A DNA stretch of 64,000 nucleotides from Escherichia phage vB_EcoM-ZQ1, in sequence record MW650886.1. One strand, written 5' to 3'. Each line of letters begins with the position of its first letter. Position 1 is the first letter of the stretch. Shown here piece by piece: positions 27,106-36,426 of this stretch. A program made the position numbers and the translations under genes. The notes under the pieces were generated by a model. That model was not told the DNA's origin. It did not search any database and saw only the letters and a list, made by a program, of their open reading frames with translations.

Positions 27106-28328
27106 AACTTCCTCAATTTGGCTCTGGTGACCTGAGTTTGTTTAACGCCGTTGTACTCAGTCAGTTCTTTGACACGACCACGGATGATCATATCGCCCTG
27201 CAAGAACTCTGTATCCATATAAGAGGTCTTCCAGGTAATTGTATTGCCTTCTGCTGTTTTGAAAGTAAACAGGTAGCTATCACCATATTCATTGGAGAAG
27301 AGGAAGGTGCGCTTGTCGAACCTGACTTGCACTTCCAGCATTTCACCGACTTCTCCCACCCATTTGTTCTCCGCCTTGCGGTCAGTACGAGGACGATGGA
27401 TGTAATCGTAATACTTCTTGGCACCCCAGCGGACTGTGTTGTTATCCTTGATGAGGTGATAGCCGGGTTCACACATGCGTTTCAGGCGAACATTGAACTC
27501 ATTAGATTCGGACAGCGCACTGATGAAGAGCTTCATATGGTACATTTCCGACTCGGCGTCTTCACGGTATTCGTGTGCCTTGTTTACGAAATACTCTTCA
27601 TCGGAACCTGCTTTTGGTTTCTGGTGAGACCGGACATAGCCCAGTACTTTGTCAAACAGTTCAGACTTGATATCCACGCCTGCCAGCATCACCTGGAAGC
27701 ATGCGCGCAGGTAACTGTGGGTGTCGGTGAAGCGCTCATTTTGGACGCGATATATACCCTCTGGGTCGTCCTCGTCTGGCATGAAGAACTCTTGGATTTC
27801 CAGATAGTAAGACATAATCGCGTCAAGGGACTTCTGATGAGGCACATAATGATGCATACAGGTGCTACCAATCAGCATCTGGGTATGCGTTTCCTCATTT
27901 TCAATCACATACGTGTTCTTGCGACGGATGGCTAGATTGCAATGCTGACACCAAGAGACGTTCTCTGTCTCGAAGCGACGGATGAAGTCAGGATTGATGT
28001 TGTCGGACAGGCGGTTAAGAATAACCTTTGGATATTCGTGATTGAACTGACCGATGATCTTCCAGCCACCATAAGAGATGGGGCGGTCAATGCCTTCGCC
28101 TTCGAGAGTGACAGGTTTCCACCAGTGAGTAAGGATCTCACCAGTGAAGTCGCGGGTGTGGGTTTTGAAGGGTTCACCATAAGTCACAGTCGGAAACGGA
28201 ACACCCAACCTTTCGGCAGTGCGCTCGAGCTTCTTCAGTCGCTCAACTACCAACCCTTCATTGTCGATCGGAATATTGAATGTTTTGACGTTCATTTCCA
28301 GCCTCATGATGTAGTTGTAACTCTTCAA
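27102..28328 (-). CDS. hypothetical protein (408 aa) with Cys/His cluster
   Basis: long ORF; WCQHCNLAIRR...STCMHHYV cluster; no enzyme family recognised. Confidence 0.55.
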   Translation of the reverse strand: MKSYNYIMRLEMNVKTFNIPIDNEGLVVERLKKLERTAERLGVPFPTVTYGEPFKTHTRDFTGEILTHWWKPVTLEGEGIDRPISYGGWKIIGQFNHEYPKVILNRLSDNINPDFIRRFETENVSWCQHCNLAIRRKNTYVIENEETHTQMLIGSTCMHHYVPHQKSLDAIMSYYLEIQEFFMPDEDDPEGIYRVQNERFTDTHSYLRACFQVMLAGVDIKSELFDKVLGYVRSHQKPKAGSDEEYFVNKAHEYREDAESEMYHMKLFISALSESNEFNVRLKRMCEPGYHLIKDNNTVRWGAKKYYDYIHRPRTDRKAENKWVGEVGEMLEVQVRFDKRTFLFSNEYGDSYLFTFKTAEGNTITWKTSYMDTEFLQGDMIIRGRVKELTEYNGVKQTQVTRAKLRKL

Positions 28329-28375
28329 TACAGATTAAATATTAGGCGATTATTTCTTGAAAGTAAAGTTATTGA

Positions 28376-28403
28376 AGTAAAAAGCCCAGTACTTGACTGG
28401 GCT
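28376..28403 (-). terminator. rho-independent terminator on the minus strand (8-bp stem then TTTTTACTT)
   Basis: agcccagt / actgggct stem read directly, downstream of the stop at 28422. Confidence 0.55.
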
Positions 28404-28421
28404 TCTTGGTGTTCGATTGGC

Positions 28422-28736
28422 TTATTCGCCACTGACATTCGGATCTCGATCGGGCTTGGCGTTCGGGAACAGGGACTCGTAGAGATCCTGATACTTCTCG
28501 CTCGTTTCGATCGTCTTATGGTAAGTTCCATTGGCGCGGTCGGATACAACCTTGCGCAAGTCGCTGGCCTTGATACCCGTATCTTTCGCCAGCTCGGCCA
28601 GAGTCTCAGTAATGAAAGTCTGTTCCGACTTGATGCGGACCTGGGCGGCACGACAGTTTTCAATCGCACCTATCAGCTTGCGACGGGATTCAGGATCAGA
28701 TGGTAGTACATAAAAGCCGATTTGTTCTACAGACAT
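28422..28736 (-). CDS. hypothetical protein
   Basis: 104-aa ORF. Confidence 0.45.
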   Translation of the reverse strand: MSVEQIGFYVLPSDPESRRKLIGAIENCRAAQVRIKSEQTFITETLAELAKDTGIKASDLRKVVSDRANGTYHKTIETSEKYQDLYESLFPNAKPDRDPNVSGE

Positions 28737-28751
28737 TTGGTGTTCCTCTTG

Positions 28752-29087
28752 TTAAGATCTCATACCTTGTGGGATCAGATTAGTCCCGCAACGGCGTAAA
28801 AAGAAGTTTACGATTGAGTGATACTGGAACTTCGGGATGATCTCTACACCATCTTCCGTCGTATACCATTCCACTGTGTTGGTGCGCACTGGAAGGGGGA
28901 ATGACGGCAGATCCAGCTGTACGAGTTCACCCTCTTGGCATATCATACCAATTCCATATTCCTCCCAGATTTTACGATTGCTGAAGAACTCCAGAGTCTG
29001 CTCCGGACTCAGCTCAATCGCTTGTTTGGTGTGGCACACCTGTTTGGCGGCCTGCACCAGGCCAGCCATAAAATCATTGTGTGACAT
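28752..29087 (-). CDS. hypothetical protein
   Basis: 111-aa ORF. Confidence 0.45.
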   Translation of the reverse strand: MSHNDFMAGLVQAAKQVCHTKQAIELSPEQTLEFFSNRKIWEEYGIGMICQEGELVQLDLPSFPLPVRTNTVEWYTTEDGVEIIPKFQYHSIVNFFLRRCGTNLIPQGMRS

Positions 29088-29151
29088 GATGTGCTCCTGG
29101 TTTATATTCAGATCATAAAATTATACCCTATGACCCGCTTTATTGAATTAC

Positions 29152-30576
29152 CTAGAATTTCCAATTATTGACTGTTTGGGCTTTCTGCTCATCGCTGGCA
29201 GCAGCTCCGGACTTGTTGAGGTCATGTTTGATGTGTACGTTTTCGACATATTTGGCCTCAGCCTCAGTCAGGTCCTTCTTAACTTCATTCCAGTCCAGGT
29301 CAAACAGGATCTGTTTGTCTTGGTCCATACCAAACAGGAATGATTTCAGCTTCTGCTTGTTGGCATAACGGTTCTTGAGTATTGAGGCTCGGGCTTTCTT
29401 GACCGCCGCCAGTTCGTCGGGAGCATAGAATGCCATGATGAAGTCGGCCACCTTCGGAATACCGATAGCATCTGCCAAATCACTGATTCCACCATCAGTG
29501 CTATTCTGATTCTCACGATTGAACTGCATACCAGTCCATACAGGGACATCAAACTCAAATCCCAGCGCACGAAACTCACGAGCCACAGACGTGTAATAGA
29601 CGTTCGTGTTCTGCATCAGGTGGGCAGGCAGGCGCGAGGAAGCAGCTTCGCCAAGATAGTCAATAACGATAACATCAGGAGCACGACCAGTTGCCTGGAT
29701 GTACTCAAGGATATCGCGGCGGAATAAACCCGTGTGTCCAGCACCGGAAGGATATTCCTTGATGACGATATCACCCTTGGGCGCACCATCTTGGCGACTG
29801 CGGAGCTTCTCTATCGTTGCAATATACTCGTGCCTTGTGAGTTTCTCTAAAGACTCAAAGTCGCGACGCATGATACGGGCATCAAGACGGTGTCGCCAGA
29901 CGTTCTCGGCCACTTCAAGGGTGAAGACAAAGACGTTCAGCCCCTGCTCCGAGTACCCTGCGGTCAGGTCAATCAGCGTTGTGGTCTTACCTGCGTTGAT
30001 CGCGCCTGTTACGATGTTCAGTGTCTTCTTACCAACGCCACCACGTGTCGCCTTATTGAATATCTCAACTGCGAACGGGATCTTGGCCTCGTTGGAGTTC
30101 ATGTGGTCATACTGCTCTGCCGCCATCTCCCAATAGATGTGACCGAGGTATGAATCAAACCGGATCGCCAGGGCTTCCTGCAACATGGTCGGGATGTTGT
30201 TCATCTCGTCCTTGCGCTTCTCGTCACCGTAGATGTTGACGGCAGTCTTGATTGCGTTGTGTACGGCCTTTTGCCGCGCCCAAGCCTCGGTTTCCTTCGC
30301 CAGCCACTCTTCATTGAAGGTGTTGTCGTTGATGTTCTCCAGGGCAGATACCGCCTGGTCAAACACATATTCGTTCAGCTTTGTCCGTTCAAGAATTATA
30401 GATAGTGCTTCGACAGACGGGCGGGCATTGTACTCTGAGGTATAACTGTCAATCAGACCAAAGATGACCTTTTCGCCTTCGTTGTCAAAATAATCGGCTT
30501 TCAGGTACGGCAGGATCTTTCTTTGGTAATCTTCATTGTAAATCAACTGTGAAAGCACGACAGATTCGAGTAACAT
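29152..30576 (-). CDS. replicative DNA helicase (T4 gp41-like, DnaB family)
   Basis: 474 aa; Walker A GAINAGKTT; size and downstream-of-uvsX position match T4 gene 41. Confidence 0.85.
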   Translation of the reverse strand: MLLESVVLSQLIYNEDYQRKILPYLKADYFDNEGEKVIFGLIDSYTSEYNARPSVEALSIILERTKLNEYVFDQAVSALENINDNTFNEEWLAKETEAWARQKAVHNAIKTAVNIYGDEKRKDEMNNIPTMLQEALAIRFDSYLGHIYWEMAAEQYDHMNSNEAKIPFAVEIFNKATRGGVGKKTLNIVTGAINAGKTTTLIDLTAGYSEQGLNVFVFTLEVAENVWRHRLDARIMRRDFESLEKLTRHEYIATIEKLRSRQDGAPKGDIVIKEYPSGAGHTGLFRRDILEYIQATGRAPDVIVIDYLGEAASSRLPAHLMQNTNVYYTSVAREFRALGFEFDVPVWTGMQFNRENQNSTDGGISDLADAIGIPKVADFIMAFYAPDELAAVKKARASILKNRYANKQKLKSFLFGMDQDKQILFDLDWNEVKKDLTEAEAKYVENVHIKHDLNKSGAAASDEQKAQTVNNWKF

Positions 30577-30582
30577 TGGCCA

Positions 30583-30912
30583 CTACCCCACCAAAAATTT
30601 ATTATATTCCTGAGCATTACGCTGCATGAGGTCTACAAGGATATCCCCTGACACCTCAGTGAACAAGTCATTTTCTTTCAAATTCACAAACATCAGACGC
30701 AATGGTTTCTTCAATATATCAGTCACGAAAGACAGGCGGGGTTCGCCGTCCACTTCGTTGATGGCCACCTTGCCGAACCTGAATTGAACACCACGGAATT
30801 TGCCAGAAGTGATCTTGATGATCGCCAGCTGATCAGCACCAGGGTCGATGATTGTGTAGTTATTGGGGGAGTCTCCTCCCCCTCCACTGTTATTCGCTTG
30901 TGTTAATAACAT
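30583..30912 (-). CDS. hypothetical protein in the position of T4 gene 40
   Basis: small ORF between uvsX and gp41; ORF-track start 30963 overlaps uvsX, a later ATG is more likely. Confidence 0.4.
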   Translation of the reverse strand: MLLTQANNSGGGGDSPNNYTIIDPGADQLAIIKITSGKFRGVQFRFGKVAINEVDGEPRLSFVTDILKKPLRLMFVNLKENDLFTEVSGDILVDLMQRNAQEYNKFLVG

Positions 30913-31975
30913 GGTCCATTTGCTCCAGCATGTTAGCAGGCATAACAGTACCGTTAGAAACACCGAACATTTTCTTCACGTCATCGGCGAAGTTGACATT
31001 CTCCAGCAGCGGATACCAGAAATCATCATCCATCTGACGCTTCTGATATTTCTTTTCCTTCTCAGGATCGAAACCACCCTTGGTTGTACGCACATACCAA
31101 CCGGAAGACGGCATATCAACATAACCCAGAGCACGAGCGATCTCAAGCAGGCCGCTCCAGCGATCAATACCGCCGTTGTACAGTACCGTCACAGGGAGCT
31201 TGGCTTTCTCTTTGACATGGCGACCTTTCATGATGCTTATGTTGAAGTTCCAGCCCAGCAGATCTTTGTCTTCCTTCACCTGAGAACGGGTGATAAACCA
31301 GATCAAGTTGGAGGATAAGAAGCCCTGCTTGCCGCCTTTGATGTTAGGCTCGGCATATTGGTTGCCGATCTCATCGTAATAGGAGTTGATCCAAACACAC
31401 ACGAGATTTTTGCTATTGATTTCAGGAGTCATGACACGCCAGAAGCTGTTGAGGGCACGGGCGCGGGTCATGTCTTGAGTGTCGTTCCCTTTGATCGCAT
31501 CTTCAACTTCCTTGGTGGAGGGAAGTTGGCTGATAGAGTCGATGAAGATTATAACATGGTCGCCTTTCTTGACTTCCTGTAGGATCTGCAGCAAGCGGAT
31601 CTTGGTCTGTTCAACGTTGTCGATCGGTACGTACAGGACGCGGTCCATGTCAATGCCCATAGAGGTCCAGTAATCAGCGTTGGCACCCTTTTCCGAGTCA
31701 GCAAATACACAGATAGCATCAGGGAACTTGTCCATATAAGCCTTGACATCGACCAGGCCGAACATCGTTTTGAAGGTACGGGAATCACCCACCATCATCT
31801 TGATACCGGAGATCAGGCCGCCGTCAATACGCCCAGACCATGCGATATCGATCAGGGGAATACCAGTAGAACAGATGATAGACGGTTCCAGAGCGTCGGA
31901 TTTGGACAGCACTGAAGCCTGGTCATCGTGTTTCTTAGCAACCTTCAGCATGCGATCCATTAATGAACTGGCCAT
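30890..31975 (-). CDS. uvsX: UvsX recombinase (RecA/Rad51 family)
   Basis: 361 aa; extended collinear similarity to T4 UvsX from recall (GIPLIDIAWSGRIDGGL..., ICVFADSEKG..., VIIFIDSISQL..., MTRARALNSFWR...). Confidence 0.9.
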   Translation of the reverse strand: MASSLMDRMLKVAKKHDDQASVLSKSDALEPSIICSTGIPLIDIAWSGRIDGGLISGIKMMVGDSRTFKTMFGLVDVKAYMDKFPDAICVFADSEKGANADYWTSMGIDMDRVLYVPIDNVEQTKIRLLQILQEVKKGDHVIIFIDSISQLPSTKEVEDAIKGNDTQDMTRARALNSFWRVMTPEINSKNLVCVWINSYYDEIGNQYAEPNIKGGKQGFLSSNLIWFITRSQVKEDKDLLGWNFNISIMKGRHVKEKAKLPVTVLYNGGIDRWSGLLEIARALGYVDMPSSGWYVRTTKGGFDPEKEKKYQKRQMDDDFWYPLLENVNFADDVKKMFGVSNGTVMPANMLEQMDHVINTSE

Positions 31976-32502
31976 TTCACTTCCTCTTTGTTGTTAATCG
32001 TCGTTAGTAAGTCTACACCCATAACCTTCTGGGACAAAATGTTAACCGCCTCTTGGATGCTCTTCAGGGACATTGTCTCAACAAGTGACGATGCGTCATT
32101 ATGCCGGTCGGTTAGGTACATATTGCGCAGATTGTTGTAGTTCGTGCGGTTGATGCACGCAGTGTTCAGTGCTATATTCAGGATATACATCATCTGTTCA
32201 ATGGTTATATCCTTTGGTATAGCGTGGATGTAATAGATCGAGCCTTCAAAATAGACGTCTACCAGTTCATCTGGTATCTTGGCCCCACCACCGGCATAAT
32301 CTTCGATCATCCTGAACAGAGACTCTGGTTGCTCGCTGGCGATCTTATGCGTAACAGTCGCCGAAAGACCGTCGCCCGGTTTAACAGGCCTGGTGTATTC
32401 GGTAAGGAATACATTATGTCCGCCGCCGATGATGTGCTCGGCGAATTTGGAGGATGCCTGAGCAGCGTTCTCCGCATGGTATGAAACGACGACTGTAAAC
32501 AT
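31960..32502 (-). CDS. hypothetical protein (in the position of T4 beta-glucosyltransferase, no recognisable similarity)
   Basis: 180-aa ORF coupled between the NTP-PPase-like gene and uvsX. Confidence 0.45.
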   Translation of the reverse strand: MFTVVVSYHAENAAQASSKFAEHIIGGGHNVFLTEYTRPVKPGDGLSATVTHKIASEQPESLFRMIEDYAGGGAKIPDELVDVYFEGSIYYIHAIPKDITIEQMMYILNIALNTACINRTNYNNLRNMYLTDRHNDASSLVETMSLKSIQEAVNILSQKVMGVDLLTTINNKEEVKWPVH

Positions 32503-33056
32503 TAGAACTCCAGGGTCAGAGGGGTTTCTGCGGACTTGTCGTAATCCGCACCACCAGAAGCACGCAGACGATTGCGATCGTTCTTGCGTTTGTGTGCCAG
32601 TATGTAAGTCTCAATGTCGATCTCCATATAAGAACACGCAGACGACAGGAAGAACATGAGAGTCTCAACGCAAGGATCGTTCATGAATTGCCCAAGGCGG
32701 TACGTAACATTGCGATGCCCTACAACACCCAAAGCAGATGGGGTGAATTCGCGATTACTAAGGACTTCAAATTCTTCTTCGATCTCACCTTTGGTGCGGT
32801 CCACAAGGATGAAGCACAACATGAAGTGTACCACGTCCACCAGCTCATAAACTGCGTTCGTATGGTCAAACCCGATGTCGTTGCCATAGACCTTCCAGTC
32901 ACGGGTGGTTTCATCAAGGAACTCTGCCCACTCACGATAGATAGAGTTGATGACTGCGTTCTGACTCCATACATTCTTCCACTCTTCCCCAAAGTAGGCC
33001 ACGTTAGTGGCCTTTTGGAGTTCGAGCAGGCTTTTGATATGTCCTGCTGTGATCAT
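32502..33056 (-). CDS. all-alpha NTP pyrophosphatase candidate (dimeric dUTPase/dCTPase-like)
   Basis: acidic helix motifs (FGEEWKNVW ... YREWAEFLDE); ATGA-coupled to dNMP kinase; family assignment tentative. Confidence 0.4.
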   Translation of the reverse strand: MITAGHIKSLLELQKATNVAYFGEEWKNVWSQNAVINSIYREWAEFLDETTRDWKVYGNDIGFDHTNAVYELVDVVHFMLCFILVDRTKGEIEEEFEVLSNREFTPSALGVVGHRNVTYRLGQFMNDPCVETLMFFLSSACSYMEIDIETYILAHKRKNDRNRLRASGGADYDKSAETPLTLEF

Positions 33057-33622
33057 TTACGTTCTCCGTAGAATTTAACGAACGGTTCCCAACCATCAAA
33101 TGGATTGAGGAATTCGTAGTCCACTTTCATTTGGTCAATGAAAGCCTCTATATCGTCCTCTATGATACCAGCACGGTCGGCCTTTGAAATACGGGTGATA
33201 GGGCATTTCGTACTCAGCGCCCATTCATATTCCTGAGGGGTACGCAGATCACTCACGATATAATGGACGTGGGGGTTCTGCTCTACCAGAGGAAGCTGGA
33301 AGCGCTTGAAGAATGCCAGGAACAGATCGGGTTGTACGTAACGCAAGCCCGTATCGCTGCCTAGATGAAGCCAGATCTGCCGTGGAGTTAAGCCCTTGGG
33401 ATTATCAGGGTGCACGTAAGGAACGTCCTTCACGGCATCCTCTACCTCCGCTGGGAGCCATGGGTAGATGTAGTTGGCTACACGGCGCAGTTCATCAGAG
33501 AAAGAAAGGCGCTGTATGTCCATATCACCCTGTAAGTGGTGGTAACTGATCAGGGACTCCAAACAGAAGTCCTTACCGGAGCGCTTGCGCCCCGTAAAGA
33601 ATTCAAGATTTGGGTACATCAT
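33053..33622 (-). CDS. deoxynucleoside monophosphate kinase (T4 gp1-like)
   Basis: N-terminal P-loop FFTGRKRSGKD resembles the T4 gp1 signature. Confidence 0.7.
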   Translation of the reverse strand: MMYPNLEFFTGRKRSGKDFCLESLISYHHLQGDMDIQRLSFSDELRRVANYIYPWLPAEVEDAVKDVPYVHPDNPKGLTPRQIWLHLGSDTGLRYVQPDLFLAFFKRFQLPLVEQNPHVHYIVSDLRTPQEYEWALSTKCPITRISKADRAGIIEDDIEAFIDQMKVDYEFLNPFDGWEPFVKFYGERK

Positions 33623-34665
33623 ACTACACCTTCCAGGAACTTAGGATCAATGATCTTGCGGTCAACCGGGGAATGGGTGAGCGCGGTGTTCAAGCCATGA
33701 TCCTGAATCAGGTCCAGGTTAATGAGCTTTTCGTTCAGTTTACAGTGCAGACAGTACGCCATCTGTACAATCAGGCCGCGATCCGCATCGTATTCCTTCA
33801 GGTGAGCAACCACAGTTTCCCACGGGCTACCGATATCACAGTGATGAAGCACACCAGTGAACAGATTGCGGATATGGTTCTGGTTGGTCACGTTCGTGAA
33901 GTGAATCATGGAGTTGATGAACCCAGCTTCTACTTTGGTGTCCTTCGTGATCTTTCCCAGCTGCTTCTGGCTGACTTCATTGTTGTAGTAATGAAGATTG
34001 TTAGAGAATAGCTTGTACTGACCGACATCAACATCCAGCACCCGAGCAATCACTTCCTGAAGAATAGAGAACTCAATGAAGTTAATTGAACTCATCCCCC
34101 ACAGAACATCCTGTGAGCGGTTGATGACCGTCAGGTTCAGACGACCTTCAACGATGGCGAACAACAGAGCCAGGTTACACACCATGTCCTTAGTCTTTGC
34201 TTCGCCGCTCTCGCTGAACTTCGCCAGACCAGCATCCGAATCTAGAGCCGGGTCATAGATGGTGAGGTACGCCTGGCGAGTGTTTGGGTTCTTGCGCAGG
34301 CGGTTGATAACGCTATCCAGCTGGCCATGGGCGTACAGACGCGGACCATAAGCAGCTCGCCATGTTACCCCATCATCCGAAAAGTTAGCAGCGCGAGGCA
34401 ATACGCGTGACAGGAACTTTATGTCGTTGCGACCTGACAACACCCAGAAGGTCTCGCCGATGGCAGCGATAGCCGATGAGTTGCGACCTTCAACGGAGAG
34501 CCAGCGGTCACGAATATCGGAAACAGTGATCGTCACACCATCAAGGAAGCGGGTGCTATCAGTATTGATTTCAGCATTACCAGGATCAGATTCGATCCCG
34601 AATTCACGGATAGCCAAGACAGCCTGCTTCAGCATGTCATTGTTGTTAATTGCTTTGATTTCCAT
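33619..34665 (-). CDS. thymidylate synthase / pyrimidine hydroxymethylase family enzyme with about 100-aa C-terminal extension
   Basis: ThyA-fold motifs: ETFWVLSGRND, RKNPNTRQAYLTIYDP, catalytic-Cys region DMVCNLALLF (VCN instead of PCH), NRSQDVLWGMSSINF (R-S-x-D ... N); occupies the T4 gene 42 position. Confidence 0.75.
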   Translation of the reverse strand: MEIKAINNNDMLKQAVLAIREFGIESDPGNAEINTDSTRFLDGVTITVSDIRDRWLSVEGRNSSAIAAIGETFWVLSGRNDIKFLSRVLPRAANFSDDGVTWRAAYGPRLYAHGQLDSVINRLRKNPNTRQAYLTIYDPALDSDAGLAKFSESGEAKTKDMVCNLALLFAIVEGRLNLTVINRSQDVLWGMSSINFIEFSILQEVIARVLDVDVGQYKLFSNNLHYYNNEVSQKQLGKITKDTKVEAGFINSMIHFTNVTNQNHIRNLFTGVLHHCDIGSPWETVVAHLKEYDADRGLIVQMAYCLHCKLNEKLINLDLIQDHGLNTALTHSPVDRKIIDPKFLEGVV

Positions 34666-35336
34666 CAGATACTCCCAAAATCACGACAGAGGAATGCCAT
34701 CACAGCCTGGTCTACTGTTAGGCCGTGAGACTTCATCATACCCGCAGCCACCGTAGGGAACAAGTCTTTATGTCGTTGACGATGGTCATGAACTCTCTCC
34801 CACTTCTCGACCACCAGACTTTCATTGAAGTCCACACCGCCGTTACGTGATTTAACACGAGCGATACACGTTTCAAGAGGAGTGTCCATAAAGAGCACAA
34901 CCAATTCACGTGGTGGGCGTGTCAGACGGGGGATCCAAGAACTCAATAATGTGGATGGAATGATACCTTCGAAAATCACATCATATTTCAAGTATTCTGG
35001 TTGGTCAGCAATAGACAACGCGAACAACATCTGCTCAGTGTCCTTCAGGGAATCAACCCCCTTGGACTTCGACTTGTCATATTTACCGATACAGACCACG
35101 TTGAACGAAGGACAGACAGTCAGCATGACCTTGCCGTTATGGGTCACGACATACGCCTGAGGATCCCTCTCCGCCAGCTGAGACGGCACAGTGGATTTAC
35201 CGCTACCATTGGAGCCTTTGACGTAGTAGATTTGCCCTCGTGCTGGGTAGATCCCCTTTACGACGGGTGGTTTAAAGAATGTGTGGACGGGGCGCTTCAT
35301 CAGCCCCTTCAGGGAGTAGGACATAAACTGCTCCAA
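34665..35336 (-). CDS. P-loop kinase of unassigned specificity
   Basis: Walker A YYVKGSNGSGKST; coupled by 1-nt overlap to the ThyA-family gene. Confidence 0.55.
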   Translation of the reverse strand: MEQFMSYSLKGLMKRPVHTFFKPPVVKGIYPARGQIYYVKGSNGSGKSTVPSQLAERDPQAYVVTHNGKVMLTVCPSFNVVCIGKYDKSKSKGVDSLKDTEQMLFALSIADQPEYLKYDVIFEGIIPSTLLSSWIPRLTRPPRELVVLFMDTPLETCIARVKSRNGGVDFNESLVVEKWERVHDHRQRHKDLFPTVAAGMMKSHGLTVDQAVMAFLCRDFGSI

Positions 35337-35340
35337 TAAA

Positions 35341-35365
35341 CAAAAGGAGCTGCTATTATAGCAGC
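35341..35365 (-). terminator. rho-independent terminator on the minus strand (gctgcta-TAA-tagcagc then TCCTTTT)
   Basis: hairpin read directly, downstream of the stop at 35400. Confidence 0.5.
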
Positions 35366-35399
35366 CCCTTCATCTATTGAACAGTTTCTGAACTTAAAT

Positions 35400-36236
35400 T
35401 TACACAGCTTTCGCTTCAGCCAGAGCCTGTGGAAGCCATTCATTGATCGCCTTAACCAGAGACTCAGCATCAGACTCTTTGATCTTCTGACGTTTGGTGA
35501 AGGACTTGCCGTTCACATACAGACTGAAGCCCCAGCCACCGGAAACGATAGGCGCAACGTCGACATACGTATTGGTGCGGGCGTGAAGGTTTTCAGGGTT
35601 AGCCAGTTCGGTGACCGGGAACTGGAACCAACGCATGTCTGGGTTCACGTAGCTCAGGAACACGCTGGGAACAACACCAGCTTCAATCGCCGCCAAGACC
35701 GGACCGTGATCAGAAGCGCGAGCCACGTCAACCATTTCCTCACGTTTGGTGTGACGGCGTTTACGCTCTACCAGCGCCGCCTGCGGGGTCAGGGTCTTAC
35801 CCTTCGATGCTTCTTTCAACATAGAAGACGCCAAGGAACCGATTTTCGCGTCGGACGGCTGATTGCCTTCTTCCAGCGCCGCGTTGACTGCATCTTCAAC
35901 CGCGTCTACCGGGGCGTCGGACACTGAGGCTTCACATGCATCGGCAGAGATCGGTGCTTCAGCATCAATAGTTTCAGCGACTTTCAGGGATACTTCAGCT
36001 TGGGCTTGCTCTTGGGCTTGCGCCAGAGCCTGCTGAGTTTCTTCCTTCTCTTCGGCGCTCAGACCTTCAATCAGTTCGAAGCCGTTGGCAGCCTGAAGAA
36101 CACCTTCAACCATACGGCGCAGGGTAACGTTTCCGATGATCAGACCTGCTTCTTTGATTTCAGCCTGAATAGCAGCAACGTCTTTGCCTTCAATTTCAAT
36201 TTTGGTTCCAGAATCCACATGAAGAATATATGACAT
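35400..36236 (-). CDS. hypothetical protein with acidic Ala/Glu-rich linker
   Basis: 278-aa ORF; no assignable domain. Confidence 0.5.
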   Translation of the reverse strand: MSYILHVDSGTKIEIEGKDVAAIQAEIKEAGLIIGNVTLRRMVEGVLQAANGFELIEGLSAEEKEETQQALAQAQEQAQAEVSLKVAETIDAEAPISADACEASVSDAPVDAVEDAVNAALEEGNQPSDAKIGSLASSMLKEASKGKTLTPQAALVERKRRHTKREEMVDVARASDHGPVLAAIEAGVVPSVFLSYVNPDMRWFQFPVTELANPENLHARTNTYVDVAPIVSGGWGFSLYVNGKSFTKRQKIKESDAESLVKAINEWLPQALAEAKAV

Positions 36237-36307
36237 AATAAAAAACCCTTTCGTTATTAAGACCGTATCCGCGGCATATTGTTGTTCTGACTGTGTAGTG
36301 AGAACAT

Positions 36308-36335
36308 AATATACTGCATTTTCATAGATGTAAAC
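36308..36335 (-). promoter_or_regulatory. T4 early-type promoter candidate (GTTTAC -35, 16-nt spacer, TATATT -10) on the minus strand
   Basis: hexamers read on the reverse complement, about 70 nt upstream of the start at 36236 in an AT-rich region. Confidence 0.4.
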
Positions 36336-36426
36336 TACTTTTTATTGAAAAGAAAGTTAACACCTTAGTGTTATAAGGTGCGCGACCAAGCGGAGCGCGA
36401 ACTTGCGTGAATATTAACTTTCTACG

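Noticed and set aside
27138-28706. Two plus-strand ORFs (265 and 254 aa) overlapping the 408-aa minus-strand gene
   Set aside because: Antisense to a long gene in a uniformly minus-strand block; no supporting start signals
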